A DNA stretch of 64,000 nucleotides from Calditrichia bacterium (GTDB taxonomy: Bacteria; Calditrichota; Calditrichia; RBG-13-44-9; J075): NCBI GenBank assembly GCA_050633245.1, contig JBOEGD010000004.1:77866-141865 (forward strand). The letters run 5' to 3'. Positions 48,412 to 57,678 of this stretch are shown piece by piece; the first letter of the stretch is position 1, and each line of letters opens with the position of its first letter. The position numbers were made by a program, and so were the translations under genes. Below the pieces are notes generated by a model. The model was given only the letters and a program-made list of their open reading frames with translations. It was not told the DNA's origin and ran no database searches.

Positions 48412-48457
48412 TATCGGCGCCGTCAGGGAGACAATGCACAAAGTCTGGAGAAATAGA

Positions 48458-48772
48458 ATGAAAGCTTTTGCTGCGATCTGTTTTGCCTGTTTTCTTATCT
48501 CTGTTGTTTCATGTGGCCGTGATGTCGCCGGCCCGGAACCCGTTATCACCAAGGCGATTCCTGAAATTAAGATCGGGAGTACAATCAATGAAGTACGTCA
48601 GGTATATGGCACGCCGGATCTCGAAGGCTATGATTATCACGACCTCGGCCAGTTCGATGACAATGGCATAATCCGTTTTGATTACGCTATGCATTATGAC
48701 GCACAAAACCTCACCTTTTGGCTGGATAAAAGCTGGCCGCGCTTGGTAACACACATAGACGGCTCTCTCTAG
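48458..48772 (+). CDS. Small lipoprotein, SmpA/OmlA(BamE)-like fold
   Basis: GGAGA RBS, lipobox VVSC, and IKIGSTINEVRQVYGTPD motif. Confidence 0.6.
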   Translation: MKAFAAICFACFLISVVSCGRDVAGPEPVITKAIPEIKIGSTINEVRQVYGTPDLEGYDYHDLGQFDDNGIIRFDYAMHYDAQNLTFWLDKSWPRLVTHIDGSL

Positions 48773-48777
48773 CAGAA

Positions 48778-48839
48778 TAAATCACGTGATTTAACTATCT
48801 GTATGCCTATTCAGTGTCCGGTGACCCTCACCGGACACT
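48778..48839. repeat. Perfect 16-bp palindrome plus a 12-bp perfect inverted repeat
   Basis: TAAATCACGTGATTTA (48778-48793) and AGTGTCCGGTGA-CCC-TCACCGGACACT (48813-48839). Confidence 0.75.
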
Positions 48840-48973
48840 TCTGCTGTGTAATCTTTTTACAGCTATTGCGACGATTAACTGATAAAGTCTCGATTTAAGG
48901 CGATTGTTATAATTGGTATAAGATTTGTATTTATGCCGGTCGTAACTGAATTAAATCAATCTGAGGAATTATT

Positions 48974-50626
48974 ATGAAGATCTGTGCGCAACTACTTACG
49001 ATACTGCTTTTTCTCTCTATGCAACTTTCTGCGGCGGACTACTATGTCGATGATGTATCTTCAAACGGTAATGGTTCTCAATCCAGCCCCTTTAACGATT
49101 TTGATGATGCAATGAGCGCTGCTCAACCCGGTGATGTAATCTATGTAATGCCGGGAACCTATGATTTGTCTGGCGAGATCGCTTCTGTGCGCGATGGCTC
49201 TGCCAATCAGCGTATTACGATAAAGGCTTTTGACGCCAATAACAGACCACTCATCGAACGAACCGGTCGCGTGATGGAAATCGATCACCGATACATTACA
49301 ATTGACGGGTTAAGAATTAATGGTAAATTCGGCGATAGCGACGTTGTGCGCATGCGTGATGCCGACTATGCGATTATTCGCAACACTGAAATCTTCAATG
49401 GAACGAAAGACGGTATCGACATGCACAAGTCAGACAATGTGCTAATTGAAGACTGTGAAATTCACCACATGCTCGGTGGAACAATCAGTAATCAGGTCGA
49501 TGCCCACGGCATTGTCGCAACTGGTGAGAAGAATCTGACTATTCGCGGCTGTGACATTTACTATGTCTCCGGCGATTGTTTTCAGACCGATCCAAATCGC
49601 GGCTACCCTTTGTGGGACAATGTCCTTGTTGAAAACAGTAAGCTCTGGACAGGTCCTCTTCCGGGAGATGCCGCAGGTTGGGACCAGGGTGAAATTCCTG
49701 GTGAAAATGGAATTGATACCAAGATCAATCCTGATTCAGTCAGCTTTGGCTATCGACCAAAAATTGTAATTCGCAATGTCGTTTCCTATGGATTTGAAGA
49801 AGGCTATATCAACAATCGCTCTGCCATGAATATTAAAGAAAACATCGATTGTACTTTGGAAAACGTGGTGGTCTTCAACAATGAGATCGGATATCGTCTA
49901 CGTGGACCGGGTAGTCGCGGTGGCGCTCAGGTGTTAATGATCAATTGCGTTGGCTTTAATAACGACAAAACGTTTCGCCTGGAAGATGGTATTGAGAATC
50001 TGAAAATTTACAACTCGACGTTCAACAATAATGGCGGAGACTACATTCAGAACGCTGGTGGTGGGCCTGATGAAGGCTCACTCGATGTTCGCAACAATCT
50101 ATTTGTCTCCGAGAAGCCATCCATCGCTGATGATGGAACTAATCTGGTTGCCAACAGTTCGTATTTTATCGACATGGCAAATCATGATTATCACCTGTCG
50201 CAAACTAGCCCTGCCATTGATGCTGGTGATGATATCAGTATGGTTACAATCGACTTTGATGGTAATCCACGCTTCGCCGGCAGCTACGACGCTGGTGCGG
50301 ATGAATTTGACAGTACAACCGGAATTAGTTCGCCAGGTCAGGAAATCGCTGGTTTTGAATTAATGCCGAACTTTCCAAATCCATTTAATCCTGAAACGAC
50401 GATTCCCTTTCGTCTCGATGAATCGTCTAACATCCAGCTTTCGGTATTTAATATTGTCGGTCAAAAGGTCACCACATTGGTTGAAGGCACAGTAGCGGCC
50501 GGAAGCTATGAAATAAAGTGGAATGGACTTGATGATCTTGGAAATAGAGTTGGAACGGGCGTATATATCTATCGCCTGCAGTACGGCAACACAAGCCAAA
50601 CCCTGAAAATGCACTTAATACAGTAA
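48974..50626 (+). CDS. Secreted right-handed parallel beta-helix protein (pectin-lyase-like fold) with FlgD/T9SS-type C-terminal domain
   Basis: Signal peptide, YYVD..NGSQSSPF..AQPGDVI...PGTY, beta-helix repeats, YHL...SPAIDAG..D.GADE, and NFPNPFNP..GVYIYRL. Confidence 0.88.
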   Translation: MKICAQLLTILLFLSMQLSAADYYVDDVSSNGNGSQSSPFNDFDDAMSAAQPGDVIYVMPGTYDLSGEIASVRDGSANQRITIKAFDANNRPLIERTGRVMEIDHRYITIDGLRINGKFGDSDVVRMRDADYAIIRNTEIFNGTKDGIDMHKSDNVLIEDCEIHHMLGGTISNQVDAHGIVATGEKNLTIRGCDIYYVSGDCFQTDPNRGYPLWDNVLVENSKLWTGPLPGDAAGWDQGEIPGENGIDTKINPDSVSFGYRPKIVIRNVVSYGFEEGYINNRSAMNIKENIDCTLENVVVFNNEIGYRLRGPGSRGGAQVLMINCVGFNNDKTFRLEDGIENLKIYNSTFNNNGGDYIQNAGGGPDEGSLDVRNNLFVSEKPSIADDGTNLVANSSYFIDMANHDYHLSQTSPAIDAGDDISMVTIDFDGNPRFAGSYDAGADEFDSTTGISSPGQEIAGFELMPNFPNPFNPETTIPFRLDESSNIQLSVFNIVGQKVTTLVEGTVAAGSYEIKWNGLDDLGNRVGTGVYIYRLQYGNTSQTLKMHLIQ

Positions 50627-50653
50627 GTAAGAAATTCTCTTCTCTACTAAGGC

Positions 50654-50686
50654 CCGCTGTGGAATTGTTCTGCAGCGGTCTTTTTC
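50654..50686 (+). terminator. Intrinsic terminator
   Basis: CCGCTGTGGAA-TTG-TTCTGCAGCGG followed by TCTTTTTC. Confidence 0.7.
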
Positions 50687-50695
50687 TTATTTTTA

Positions 50696-51448
50696 TTAAA
50701 GTAAAGGAAGTGCCGCAGCCCCGACAACTTTTTTACCGCTCTCTTGCAAGTAGGCAACTAACTCATAGCTCTCACCGCTAAGTTCAGTAAACTCCGGAAT
50801 GTTAACCATCCCGTTGCTGCTGTTGACGCTGGAACTGGAAAACGCCATAACTACATTGTTATGTGATAGTTTTCTTCCGCGATTCTCGCCACGTGGAACA
50901 TCATTGTCTGCCTTTACACGTACCACTGCCAGGTTGAGAGTTCCGCTAAATTTTTGCTGCGCATCCCAATTTATTTTTCCATTGTCCACACTATTACGTG
51001 TTATAGCCAGATTGTATTGAGGAGCTTGAGAAAGGGCTTTTTCAACCTCTGCTTTAGCCTGCCCACTTCTGGAACCAACGAATTCAACATTGCCATTTAT
51101 TATCATCTGAGGCGTGTAGATGCTCCGCAGGCCAAAAGCAGAGCCGTATTCACGCTGGCGTTGTGTTAGAGTTTCGCTGCTGTAGGGGTCTTTCCACCCA
51201 AGGTAATTCCAATAATCTACGTGCATTGAAAGCGCATAAACTTTCTTACCTGAATCTTTTGCCTGCTTGTTGATCTCTTGCAACACTTTGTCTGCGGAAG
51301 GGCAACTGCTACAGCCTTGTGAGGTAAATAATTCGATAACGGCAATGCCGTTTTCTGTTTCGGGAAGGGGAGCTTCTGCTGATCCGGCAGCTACGAATGC
51401 GAGTAAAACCAACGCACCCAATAAAGTAATGACCCATATTGATTTCAT
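50696..51448 (-). CDS. DUF1223 thioredoxin-like exported protein
   Basis: VIELFTSQGCSSCPSAD, HVDYWNYLGWKDP, YTPQM and RGENRG. Start ATG 51448; the longer ORF only translates the tandem repeat. Confidence 0.92.
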   Translation of the reverse strand: MKSIWVITLLGALVLLAFVAAGSAEAPLPETENGIAVIELFTSQGCSSCPSADKVLQEINKQAKDSGKKVYALSMHVDYWNYLGWKDPYSSETLTQRQREYGSAFGLRSIYTPQMIINGNVEFVGSRSGQAKAEVEKALSQAPQYNLAITRNSVDNGKINWDAQQKFSGTLNLAVVRVKADNDVPRGENRGRKLSHNNVVMAFSSSSVNSSNGMVNIPEFTELSGESYELVAYLQESGKKVVGAAALPLL

Positions 51449-51473
51449 GTTATGTCTCCGTTTGATAGGTTCG

Positions 51474-51528
51474 ATAAGGCAATAAGGCAATAAGGCAATA
51501 AGGCAATAAGGCAATAAGGCAATAAGGC
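51474..51528. repeat. 8-bp tandem repeat (AATAAGGC)x6 plus a partial copy
   Basis: Perfect units from 51481 to 51528, preceded by ATAAGGC. Confidence 0.95.
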
Positions 51529-51607
51529 AGAACTTGCTACCGTTCACCGCTTAAATATATAGTAAAGGCTCTTTAAAATCATCCTGAGGTTCTAACGGAA
51601 TTCTAAC

Positions 51608-51853
51608 ATGTCATCTGGTTTTGTCTTGATATTACTTGATAAGGCGCTTCGGATTGTAGATGATACTGTTTTATCTGAAGAATGTTATCAGGAAGCTTTT
51701 GCCCTGGCCGTGCAAGCTAAAACTACTGTCTATGATGCGTTATACCTGGTTGCTGCTCGTAGACAAAATGCCCATCTGGCTTCAGCAGACAACCGTCTGG
51801 TTAATATTGCAAAGAAACGCCATATTCGTGTTATAACAGATATTGACATATAG
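51608..51853 (+). pseudogene. C-terminal fragment of a PIN/VapC-family ribonuclease toxin
   Basis: AFALA...TVYDALYLVAA...LASADNRL is the C-terminal PIN motif. The N-terminal D-containing motif and any antitoxin gene are missing. Confidence 0.65.
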
Positions 51854-51931
51854 ATTTAAACGAATTGACATCCATTAGCGGAACTCTAACTCGTAAAAAT
51901 GAATATACCAAATATCTACCCGCGTTTCCCG

Positions 51932-51960
51932 TTGATTCGCGAGCGTTGAAGTTGTATATT
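51932..51960 (+). promoter_or_regulatory. Sigma70-type promoter for the DUF4835 gene
   Basis: TTGATT-N17-TATATT. Confidence 0.6.
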
Positions 51961-51986
51961 TTTGCTGTTCATAAACGGAGAAATCC

Positions 51987-52865
51987 ATGCTAAATAAGTT
52001 GATGTTTTCAATCCTTTTGATTGTCGCAATAGTTATTAACCTGCCTCTGTCTGCTCAGACGGTGAAGGCGCGAGTTGCCTTACAGTCAGATCGCCTGCTA
52101 CCTGAAGAGCGCAATATCCTCAGTGACATACCCAATCGGTTGGAAGACTATATAAACTCCTACGATTGGGCCGGGGACAATGAGCAAATAGAAATTGATT
52201 TGCGACTGAATTTCGTAATCGAGGCTGTGAGCGACCGCGGTAGCGAGCAAATCTTTCGCGGTCAGATCGTAACCAATTCATCGTCGGGTGAGAACTTTGT
52301 AGATCGTGCCGTTGAATTTGTTTATCAGCAAGGTCAATCAATGCAGCATGATGAAGCGCTTTTTAACTCGTTAACCTCGATTGTCGATTACTACATCTAC
52401 ATGATTATGGGCGGCGAAATGGATGCGTATCTTATTAAAGGTGGCACCTTTTTTTATGATCGCGCGAGAATTATTGCTGAGCAAGGGCTCATCAGCAACT
52501 ATAAGCTTGGTTGGACAGCCCGTCAGGAAGAGGTTAACTCGGTTACTGATGCCGACCACGCATTTTTAAGAGAAGCAAAGTTCTATTATTATGAGGGGCT
52601 GTTTTTTATCGAGTCACGGCGAGATCGTGAGAAAGGCCCCTTGTATTCCAAGAAGGTCGTCGATCTTCTTGAGAATATTCAGCGTCGAAAGCCCAGCAGC
52701 AAAATTTTGAAGCGTTTTCTTGATGCTCACAATCAGGAATTCTGTAAGCTTTTTTCTTATGATACAACGGAAGAAAATGCCCGGAGAATGATGGGCATCG
52801 ATAACCGCCGTCGGGAAGTATATGAGGCGTGCTTAACGGCAAGAGAACAGGGCGAGTATAATTAA
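51987..52865 (+). CDS. DUF4835 family protein (T9SS PorD-like)
   Basis: Signal peptide, DYINSYDW, D..VEF.Y..GQ, NSLTSIVDYYIYMI.G..D, GTFFY..A and GW..R. Confidence 0.7.
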   Translation: MLNKLMFSILLIVAIVINLPLSAQTVKARVALQSDRLLPEERNILSDIPNRLEDYINSYDWAGDNEQIEIDLRLNFVIEAVSDRGSEQIFRGQIVTNSSSGENFVDRAVEFVYQQGQSMQHDEALFNSLTSIVDYYIYMIMGGEMDAYLIKGGTFFYDRARIIAEQGLISNYKLGWTARQEEVNSVTDADHAFLREAKFYYYEGLFFIESRRDREKGPLYSKKVVDLLENIQRRKPSSKILKRFLDAHNQEFCKLFSYDTTEENARRMMGIDNRRREVYEACLTAREQGEYN

Positions 52866-52873
52866 ACGAAGAC

Positions 52874-52905
52874 GGCATCTCAACAGTTGTGTGGAGATGC
52901 CTTTT
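52874..52905. terminator. Stem-loop terminator between convergent genes
   Basis: GGCATCTC-N12-GAGATGCC-TTTT. Confidence 0.6.
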
Positions 52906-52909
52906 GCAT

Positions 52910-53986
52910 TTAGACGTTAAATCTTACATTCATAATATCACCGTCTTTAACGATATAGCTTTTTCCTTCCAGGCGTAGTTTGCCTTCATCACGTGCCTTA
53001 GACAGGCTACCCAACTCCAGAAACTCTTTATAGCCAACGACCTCTGCGCGAATAAAGCCACGTTCAAGATCAGAGTGAATAACGCCGGCTGCTTTCTGAC
53101 AGACCGTATTTTCCTTAATCGTCCAGGAACGACATTCGTCTTCACCAACCGTAAAGAAACAGGCAAGACCGAGCAGCTCATAACATGTGCGTATCAGCTT
53201 GTTAGAAGCCGGCTCTTTAATACCAAGCTCTTCCATAAACATTTCTCGATCGTCATCATCCAGCTGAGATATCTCTTGCTCAACCTTACCGCATAAACCA
53301 ATCATGCTCACATTTTTGCCAGCCTGGAAGCTGTTTAACAACTCAGCGTCTTTTTCAATATCGCTCTCGTTGTAATTGATAACGAAAACCAGTGGCTTTG
53401 CCGTCAGAAACTGATATCCTCGAAGCATGGTTGCCTCATCTTCAGTGAAATCTATTTCTCGAAGCGGGCGTTCTTCTTCCAGAACTGACATGCAGCGCTT
53501 AAGCAATTCCAGCTCACGCTGATTCTTCTCATCTTTTACTTTGGAAAGCTGTTTTTCGAGACGCTCGATGCGGGTTTCCATAATGCTGAGATCGGATAGC
53601 AAAAACTCCGCTTCAACAGTCAAAATATCGCGAGCCGGATCGATGCTTCCGGCAGGATGAGGGTAGAACTCATTCTCGAATGCCCGAATAACAACACAGA
53701 GCGCTGCCGTTCCCTTTAACACCTGCAAAAACTGAGCATCGAAGCCTTTTTGTCCGGAATCGCTATCCATCCCGCCAACTTCAATATATTCGATGGTTGT
53801 ATTAACCTGCTTCTTCGGATTGAAGATTGCAGTCAGTTCATCCAAGCGGTTGTCGGGCACTTTTACAATGCCGCGATGTACTTCGATTTTTCCACCGCCA
53901 AATCCGCCATCGGCGGTCTGTCCGGTCAAGGTAGAGAAAAGGGTCGTTTTTCCGGATACGGGCAGACCAACTATTCCAACTTCCAC
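52910..53986 (-). CDS. ychF: Redox-regulated ATPase YchF
   Basis: GIVGLP..GKTTLF, VPDNRL, FLTAKP, FFTVG.DECR.W, AAG.IHSD.ERGFIRAE and DGD...RFNV. Confidence 0.95.
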   Translation of the reverse strand: MEVGIVGLPVSGKTTLFSTLTGQTADGGFGGGKIEVHRGIVKVPDNRLDELTAIFNPKKQVNTTIEYIEVGGMDSDSGQKGFDAQFLQVLKGTAALCVVIRAFENEFYPHPAGSIDPARDILTVEAEFLLSDLSIMETRIERLEKQLSKVKDEKNQRELELLKRCMSVLEEERPLREIDFTEDEATMLRGYQFLTAKPLVFVINYNESDIEKDAELLNSFQAGKNVSMIGLCGKVEQEISQLDDDDREMFMEELGIKEPASNKLIRTCYELLGLACFFTVGEDECRSWTIKENTVCQKAAGVIHSDLERGFIRAEVVGYKEFLELGSLSKARDEGKLRLEGKSYIVKDGDIMNVRFNV

Positions 53987-54029
53987 GTGAGTTTCCTCCG
54001 GTTATAAAATTTTCGTTTAATCGGCGCGC

Positions 54030-54108
54030 AATATAGCATTTGCATCTGCGAATTCCAACTGATCAGACAAATCCTTTCTTGACAATTCAACTAGTGCAGA
54101 CCTACATT
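54030..54108. promoter_or_regulatory. Divergent sigma70-type promoters for ychF and rnhB
   Basis: - strand TTGGAA-N17-TATATT (54058-54030); + strand TTGACA-N18-TACATT (54079-54108). Confidence 0.55.
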
Positions 54109-54172
54109 CAAGAATTGTCTCACTAGTAAAGCGACTACGAGTTGAATGCATACGGCTAAGGTTTTATAGACA

Positions 54173-54808
54173 ATGTCTGATATACCGGAAAATTTACAGT
54201 TCGAACACTTTATTTGGCAAACAGGCATTACGCGAATTGCCGGAATCGATGAGGTCGGACGTGGCCCATTGGCAGGGCCTGTCGTGGCAGCAGCAGTTAT
54301 TTTTGAGCCACATTTGCATCTCGAAGGTGTAACAGATTCCAAGAAGCTCTCGGCGAAGAAACGGGACTTGTATTACGATCAAATTTTGGAAAACTGTAGT
54401 CACTATGCTGTGGGCATTGTAGATAATGAGGAAATTGATCGTATTAATATTCGCCAGGCAACTTTTAAAGCTATGCGAATGGCGTTGGGATCTTTAGGGA
54501 GGGCGCCAGAATATTTATTGGTGGATGGAGAGGAACTACCGAGTAAAATTTATCCACAAGAGGCTTTGATAAAGGGTGACCTCAGGAGTTTTACTATTGC
54601 TGCTGCGTCGATAGTTGCAAAAGTAACCCGCGACAGAATGATGATTGAATTTAATGAAACGTATCCCGGATATGGATTTGATGGTCATAAGGGGTATGGA
54701 ACTGCAGCGCATATTGCTGCAATTAAACGAATGGGCCCAACGCCAATACATCGCCGCTCTTTCCTTACGCGCATTTACCCTCAGGCATCTGACTCACCGT
54801 CCTCGTAA
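54173..54808 (+). CDS. rnhB: Ribonuclease HII
   Basis: GIDEVGRGPLAGPV, DSKKL, LVDG, AAASIVAKVTRD, HKGYGT and HRRSF. Confidence 0.97.
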   Translation: MSDIPENLQFEHFIWQTGITRIAGIDEVGRGPLAGPVVAAAVIFEPHLHLEGVTDSKKLSAKKRDLYYDQILENCSHYAVGIVDNEEIDRINIRQATFKAMRMALGSLGRAPEYLLVDGEELPSKIYPQEALIKGDLRSFTIAAASIVAKVTRDRMMIEFNETYPGYGFDGHKGYGTAAHIAAIKRMGPTPIHRRSFLTRIYPQASDSPSS

Positions 54809-55215
54809 CGCTTCATGCGCTTCGAGATCTTCTCAATTTCCTTTAAGGGATATACCCGGCCTTCTCCAATTCCAGGACATTCTTTGGCAACCAGGTTCCA
54901 GCGATACTGAGACTTTAAATTCTCGGGCCAGAAGGGGAAGGTGCTGCATTGAACAGGACGTGCTTCATATACCTGACAGCGTTCATTCTCCAGAAATACA
55001 CAGTCGCCATTGTCGTGGGATTTTAAGAAAATATGATTTCGAATAATTTCAGTATACTCCCAGAGAAAGTCAGCTTCATCCATCATTAATACGTCAGCCA
55101 TTGTGGATGCTTCTTTTTCACTCAACATAACAGAGCCGGTTGGGTTTGAACAGCAATGACCACATTCTGTGCAGCCAAACTGCAGGCCCTCGGCGTAGAA
55201 CTTCTTCTTTTTCAT
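54781..55215 (-). CDS. YkgJ family cysteine-cluster (CxxCxxCC) protein
   Basis: CTECGHCC, CVFL, CQVYEARP.QC.TFPFW and CPGIG. Confidence 0.92.
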   Translation of the reverse strand: MKKKKFYAEGLQFGCTECGHCCSNPTGSVMLSEKEASTMADVLMMDEADFLWEYTEIIRNHIFLKSHDNGDCVFLENERCQVYEARPVQCSTFPFWPENLKSQYRWNLVAKECPGIGEGRVYPLKEIEKISKRMKRYEDGESDA

Positions 55216-55226
55216 GCTTTGCTCGC

Positions 55227-55640
55227 CTACTCTACTTCTTCTGCAACCACATCGCGTGGCTCTTCCTTATAATCGCGAAAAATGCGGAAAGCATCGAGGT
55301 CATCGCGAAGCGAGTTCACTACGTAGGCAATTACTGCCGCGTCATCCATAAAACCGAAAAAGCCAAGGAAATCCGGGATTAAATCCAGCGGGTTTACAAA
55401 ATATAATACTGCGCCCATTGCCGAAAGCAGGGTTTTCCAGGGGAGTTTGCGATAGTCGCCGTTGCGATAAGCGAGTAGCATTTGAATCATTGTTTGAAGA
55501 TCGCCCCAGACAGATTTGATGCGATCTTTATGTTCATCGGCTTTTTTCCTGGCATCATTGAGTACGGACTCGGCTTGCTCATCATCTCGTAATACGTCTT
55601 CTGCCTCTTTTTTGGACTTCTCGTATACTCTGTTTCTCAT
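55227..55640 (-). CDS. YkvA/DUF1232 family membrane protein
   Basis: LYFVNPLDLIPDFL..GFMDDAAV. Confidence 0.92.
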   Translation of the reverse strand: MRNRVYEKSKKEAEDVLRDDEQAESVLNDARKKADEHKDRIKSVWGDLQTMIQMLLAYRNGDYRKLPWKTLLSAMGAVLYFVNPLDLIPDFLGFFGFMDDAAVIAYVVNSLRDDLDAFRIFRDYKEEPRDVVAEEVE

Positions 55641-55799
55641 GCTAACATCCTGTTCTACGGTTCATATTTTTCTCATAACAATCTACAAAGAGATTCCTTG
55701 GGTAAAAAGATTTTTATCGTTTGTCGTAGAGAATTAGGCACTATATTAATTGCTTATTCCCACAGTCCTGAAACACACTTTTATTCTGAAGGTTCCGGT

Positions 55800-56486
55800 T
55801 TGTCATTGATTATACGCTCTGTTTTTGCCATTCTTTGTCTGTTTGGAACGTACGGATATGGCCGTGCCTTGGTGGCCTACACTCAGCGGCAGTTGGGCGT
55901 GTTAGATATGCATGGAACAGTGCTGGCATTTGGCGTCGGGGCTTTTTTCTATTTGTCTCTCTGGCTATTCTTCTTTTCGAAACGTGGTAATTTTTGGAGT
56001 GTTTTTGAGCATGAAATGATTCACGCGATTTTCGCGTTACTATTCTTTAAAAAGGTGCATTCGTTTGCCGCAACTCGTAAGAAGGGGGGAATGGTAGAAA
56101 TTGAAGGGGGGAACTTCATGATTGCTCTTGCACCATATTTCTTTCCTTTAGTCACTGTTCTGCTAATCGGTGTAAAACCATTTCTTCCCTATCGCTATCA
56201 GTGGATATTAAATGCTCTTGTGGGCTTTACACTTATGTTTCATCTGGTGCATCTAACAAACGAGTTTCACCCGGAGCAACCCGACATTCAGCGAACCGGA
56301 CGTCTGTTCTCCGTTATCGTTATCTTGTTCTTTAATATTTTCTTTATCGGACTCTCAATCGCGTCGCTCGACGGAACGATTATTCCGATGCGCGGCTTTG
56401 TTGAAATGGGCTTTTGGGATTCCGTTGAATTTGCGGCTGATCTATTTCAACGCGGAGAAAATGAAGTTAGGCAGCGCCTCTTCTAA
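55800..56486 (+). CDS. M50B-like membrane metallopeptidase
   Basis: HEMIH zinc motif, GG.V, IALAPYFFP, Q.DI and multiple TMs. The ORF is open from 55698; TTG 55800 is preferred because a TATATT lies at 55742-55747. Confidence 0.75.
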   Translation: MSLIIRSVFAILCLFGTYGYGRALVAYTQRQLGVLDMHGTVLAFGVGAFFYLSLWLFFFSKRGNFWSVFEHEMIHAIFALLFFKKVHSFAATRKKGGMVEIEGGNFMIALAPYFFPLVTVLLIGVKPFLPYRYQWILNALVGFTLMFHLVHLTNEFHPEQPDIQRTGRLFSVIVILFFNIFFIGLSIASLDGTIIPMRGFVEMGFWDSVEFAADLFQRGENEVRQRLF

Positions 56487-56971
56487 ATAGTTGCAGTAGA
56501 ACGTTGCTTTATCTGCGGCCACATTCGGTCAATCTCGGCCTTAATCTCCCAAAACGTATTCCGGTGAATTTCTAAACTACGTCCATGCGGATCTTTGATG
56601 GACAGCTGCTCCGGCGGTTCGGGCCTGCAAAATTCTTTTAAGGTGAAAAGTTTAACATTGTGGTGGGGGAAAATAGCCAAGAGGTCATTCTTGTGTTCTA
56701 ATGTCATGCAGAGAACAAGGTCACATTCATTCATCATGGTGGGATTGACGGGTTTCGAGCGCAGTTCCAATGTCTCAAGGCCATTTTCACTACATACCTG
56801 AATAGAATTTTCTGCAGGAGGAACACCTTGAATTGCCCAGGTTCCGGCAGATTTAACCTCAATTTGCTCTTGCAAATTCTCATCCATAACTAACTTGCGA
56901 AGATAAACTTCAGCCATAGGTGTGCGGCAGATGTTTGCTGTGCAGACAAAAAGAACCGAGAATCTCGACAT
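56483..56971 (-). CDS. Low-molecular-weight protein Tyr/Arg phosphatase
   Basis: VLFVCTANICRTPMAE, SAGT and DP.G. Confidence 0.93.
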   Translation of the reverse strand: MSRFSVLFVCTANICRTPMAEVYLRKLVMDENLQEQIEVKSAGTWAIQGVPPAENSIQVCSENGLETLELRSKPVNPTMMNECDLVLCMTLEHKNDLLAIFPHHNVKLFTLKEFCRPEPPEQLSIKDPHGRSLEIHRNTFWEIKAEIDRMWPQIKQRSTATI

Positions 56972-57067
56972 AGCAGCAGGAATCTCTGTTTAATGCATAA
57001 TAAGTGAATTTTGTCATTTCTAGCGCGTATGACTAAAATTTAAGCGAAATCTATCAAAATGCCTAGT

Positions 57068-57676
57068 CTAAATTGGCTTTTTCCGGATTGTTAGGATGCT
57101 GCTCAATAGCTCTGTTGGATATGCCCCTTGTCGAACAATGATACAACTTTTATCCGTCGGGTCAACTTTAATTATTGTTGAAGGGATTGAGTGCCTGCAA
57201 GTGCCATAATCAAGCTTTTCATCTACACCTGCACGAATAGAACTGTTTACCTTCTCAAAAGCTATTGGGGGCGGCTCACCTGTCAGATTAGCGCTAGTGG
57301 TAATTATCGGCACGCCGCAGGAATTTATTAGAAAATTACTCAATTCATGATTCGGATAGCGGATGCCTATTTCCGGGAACTGATTCCAGTAGGCCAGGGG
57401 ATAGTTTTGTTTCGAGGGAATTAGCAGAGTTAACGCCCCGGGAAGGAGCTTTTTGCAGATATCCAGAATCCAGCTGTCGGTGATTAGTAAGTCTGTTTCC
57501 AGGGATTGATAAGAGGAGATCATTATCGACAACGGTTTGTTTACGTCGCGTTGCTTTAAATGGGCTACCTTTTTCAGAGCATCAAAATTATCCCAACGTG
57601 CTGCCAGTCCATATACCGTCTCGGTTGGATGAAGCAGAACGCCACCATCGCGAAGTATTTTCCCGTATTGTTCCAC
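57068..57676 (-). CDS. tsaC: L-threonylcarbamoyladenylate synthase (YrdC/Sua5)
   Basis: PTETVYGL, K.R...KPL, PGALT, TTSANLTG, PSTII and RQGA. Confidence 0.92.
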   Translation of the reverse strand: MEQYGKILRDGGVLLHPTETVYGLAARWDNFDALKKVAHLKQRDVNKPLSIMISSYQSLETDLLITDSWILDICKKLLPGALTLLIPSKQNYPLAYWNQFPEIGIRYPNHELSNFLINSCGVPIITTSANLTGEPPPIAFEKVNSSIRAGVDEKLDYGTCRHSIPSTIIKVDPTDKSCIIVRQGAYPTELLSSILTIRKKPI

Positions 57677-57678
57677 CT

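Noticed and set aside
51449-51547. N-terminal CLIALLPY repeats of the DUF1223 ORF
   Set aside because: This is only the translation of the 8-bp tandem repeat. The real start with GGAG RBS and signal peptide is at 51448.
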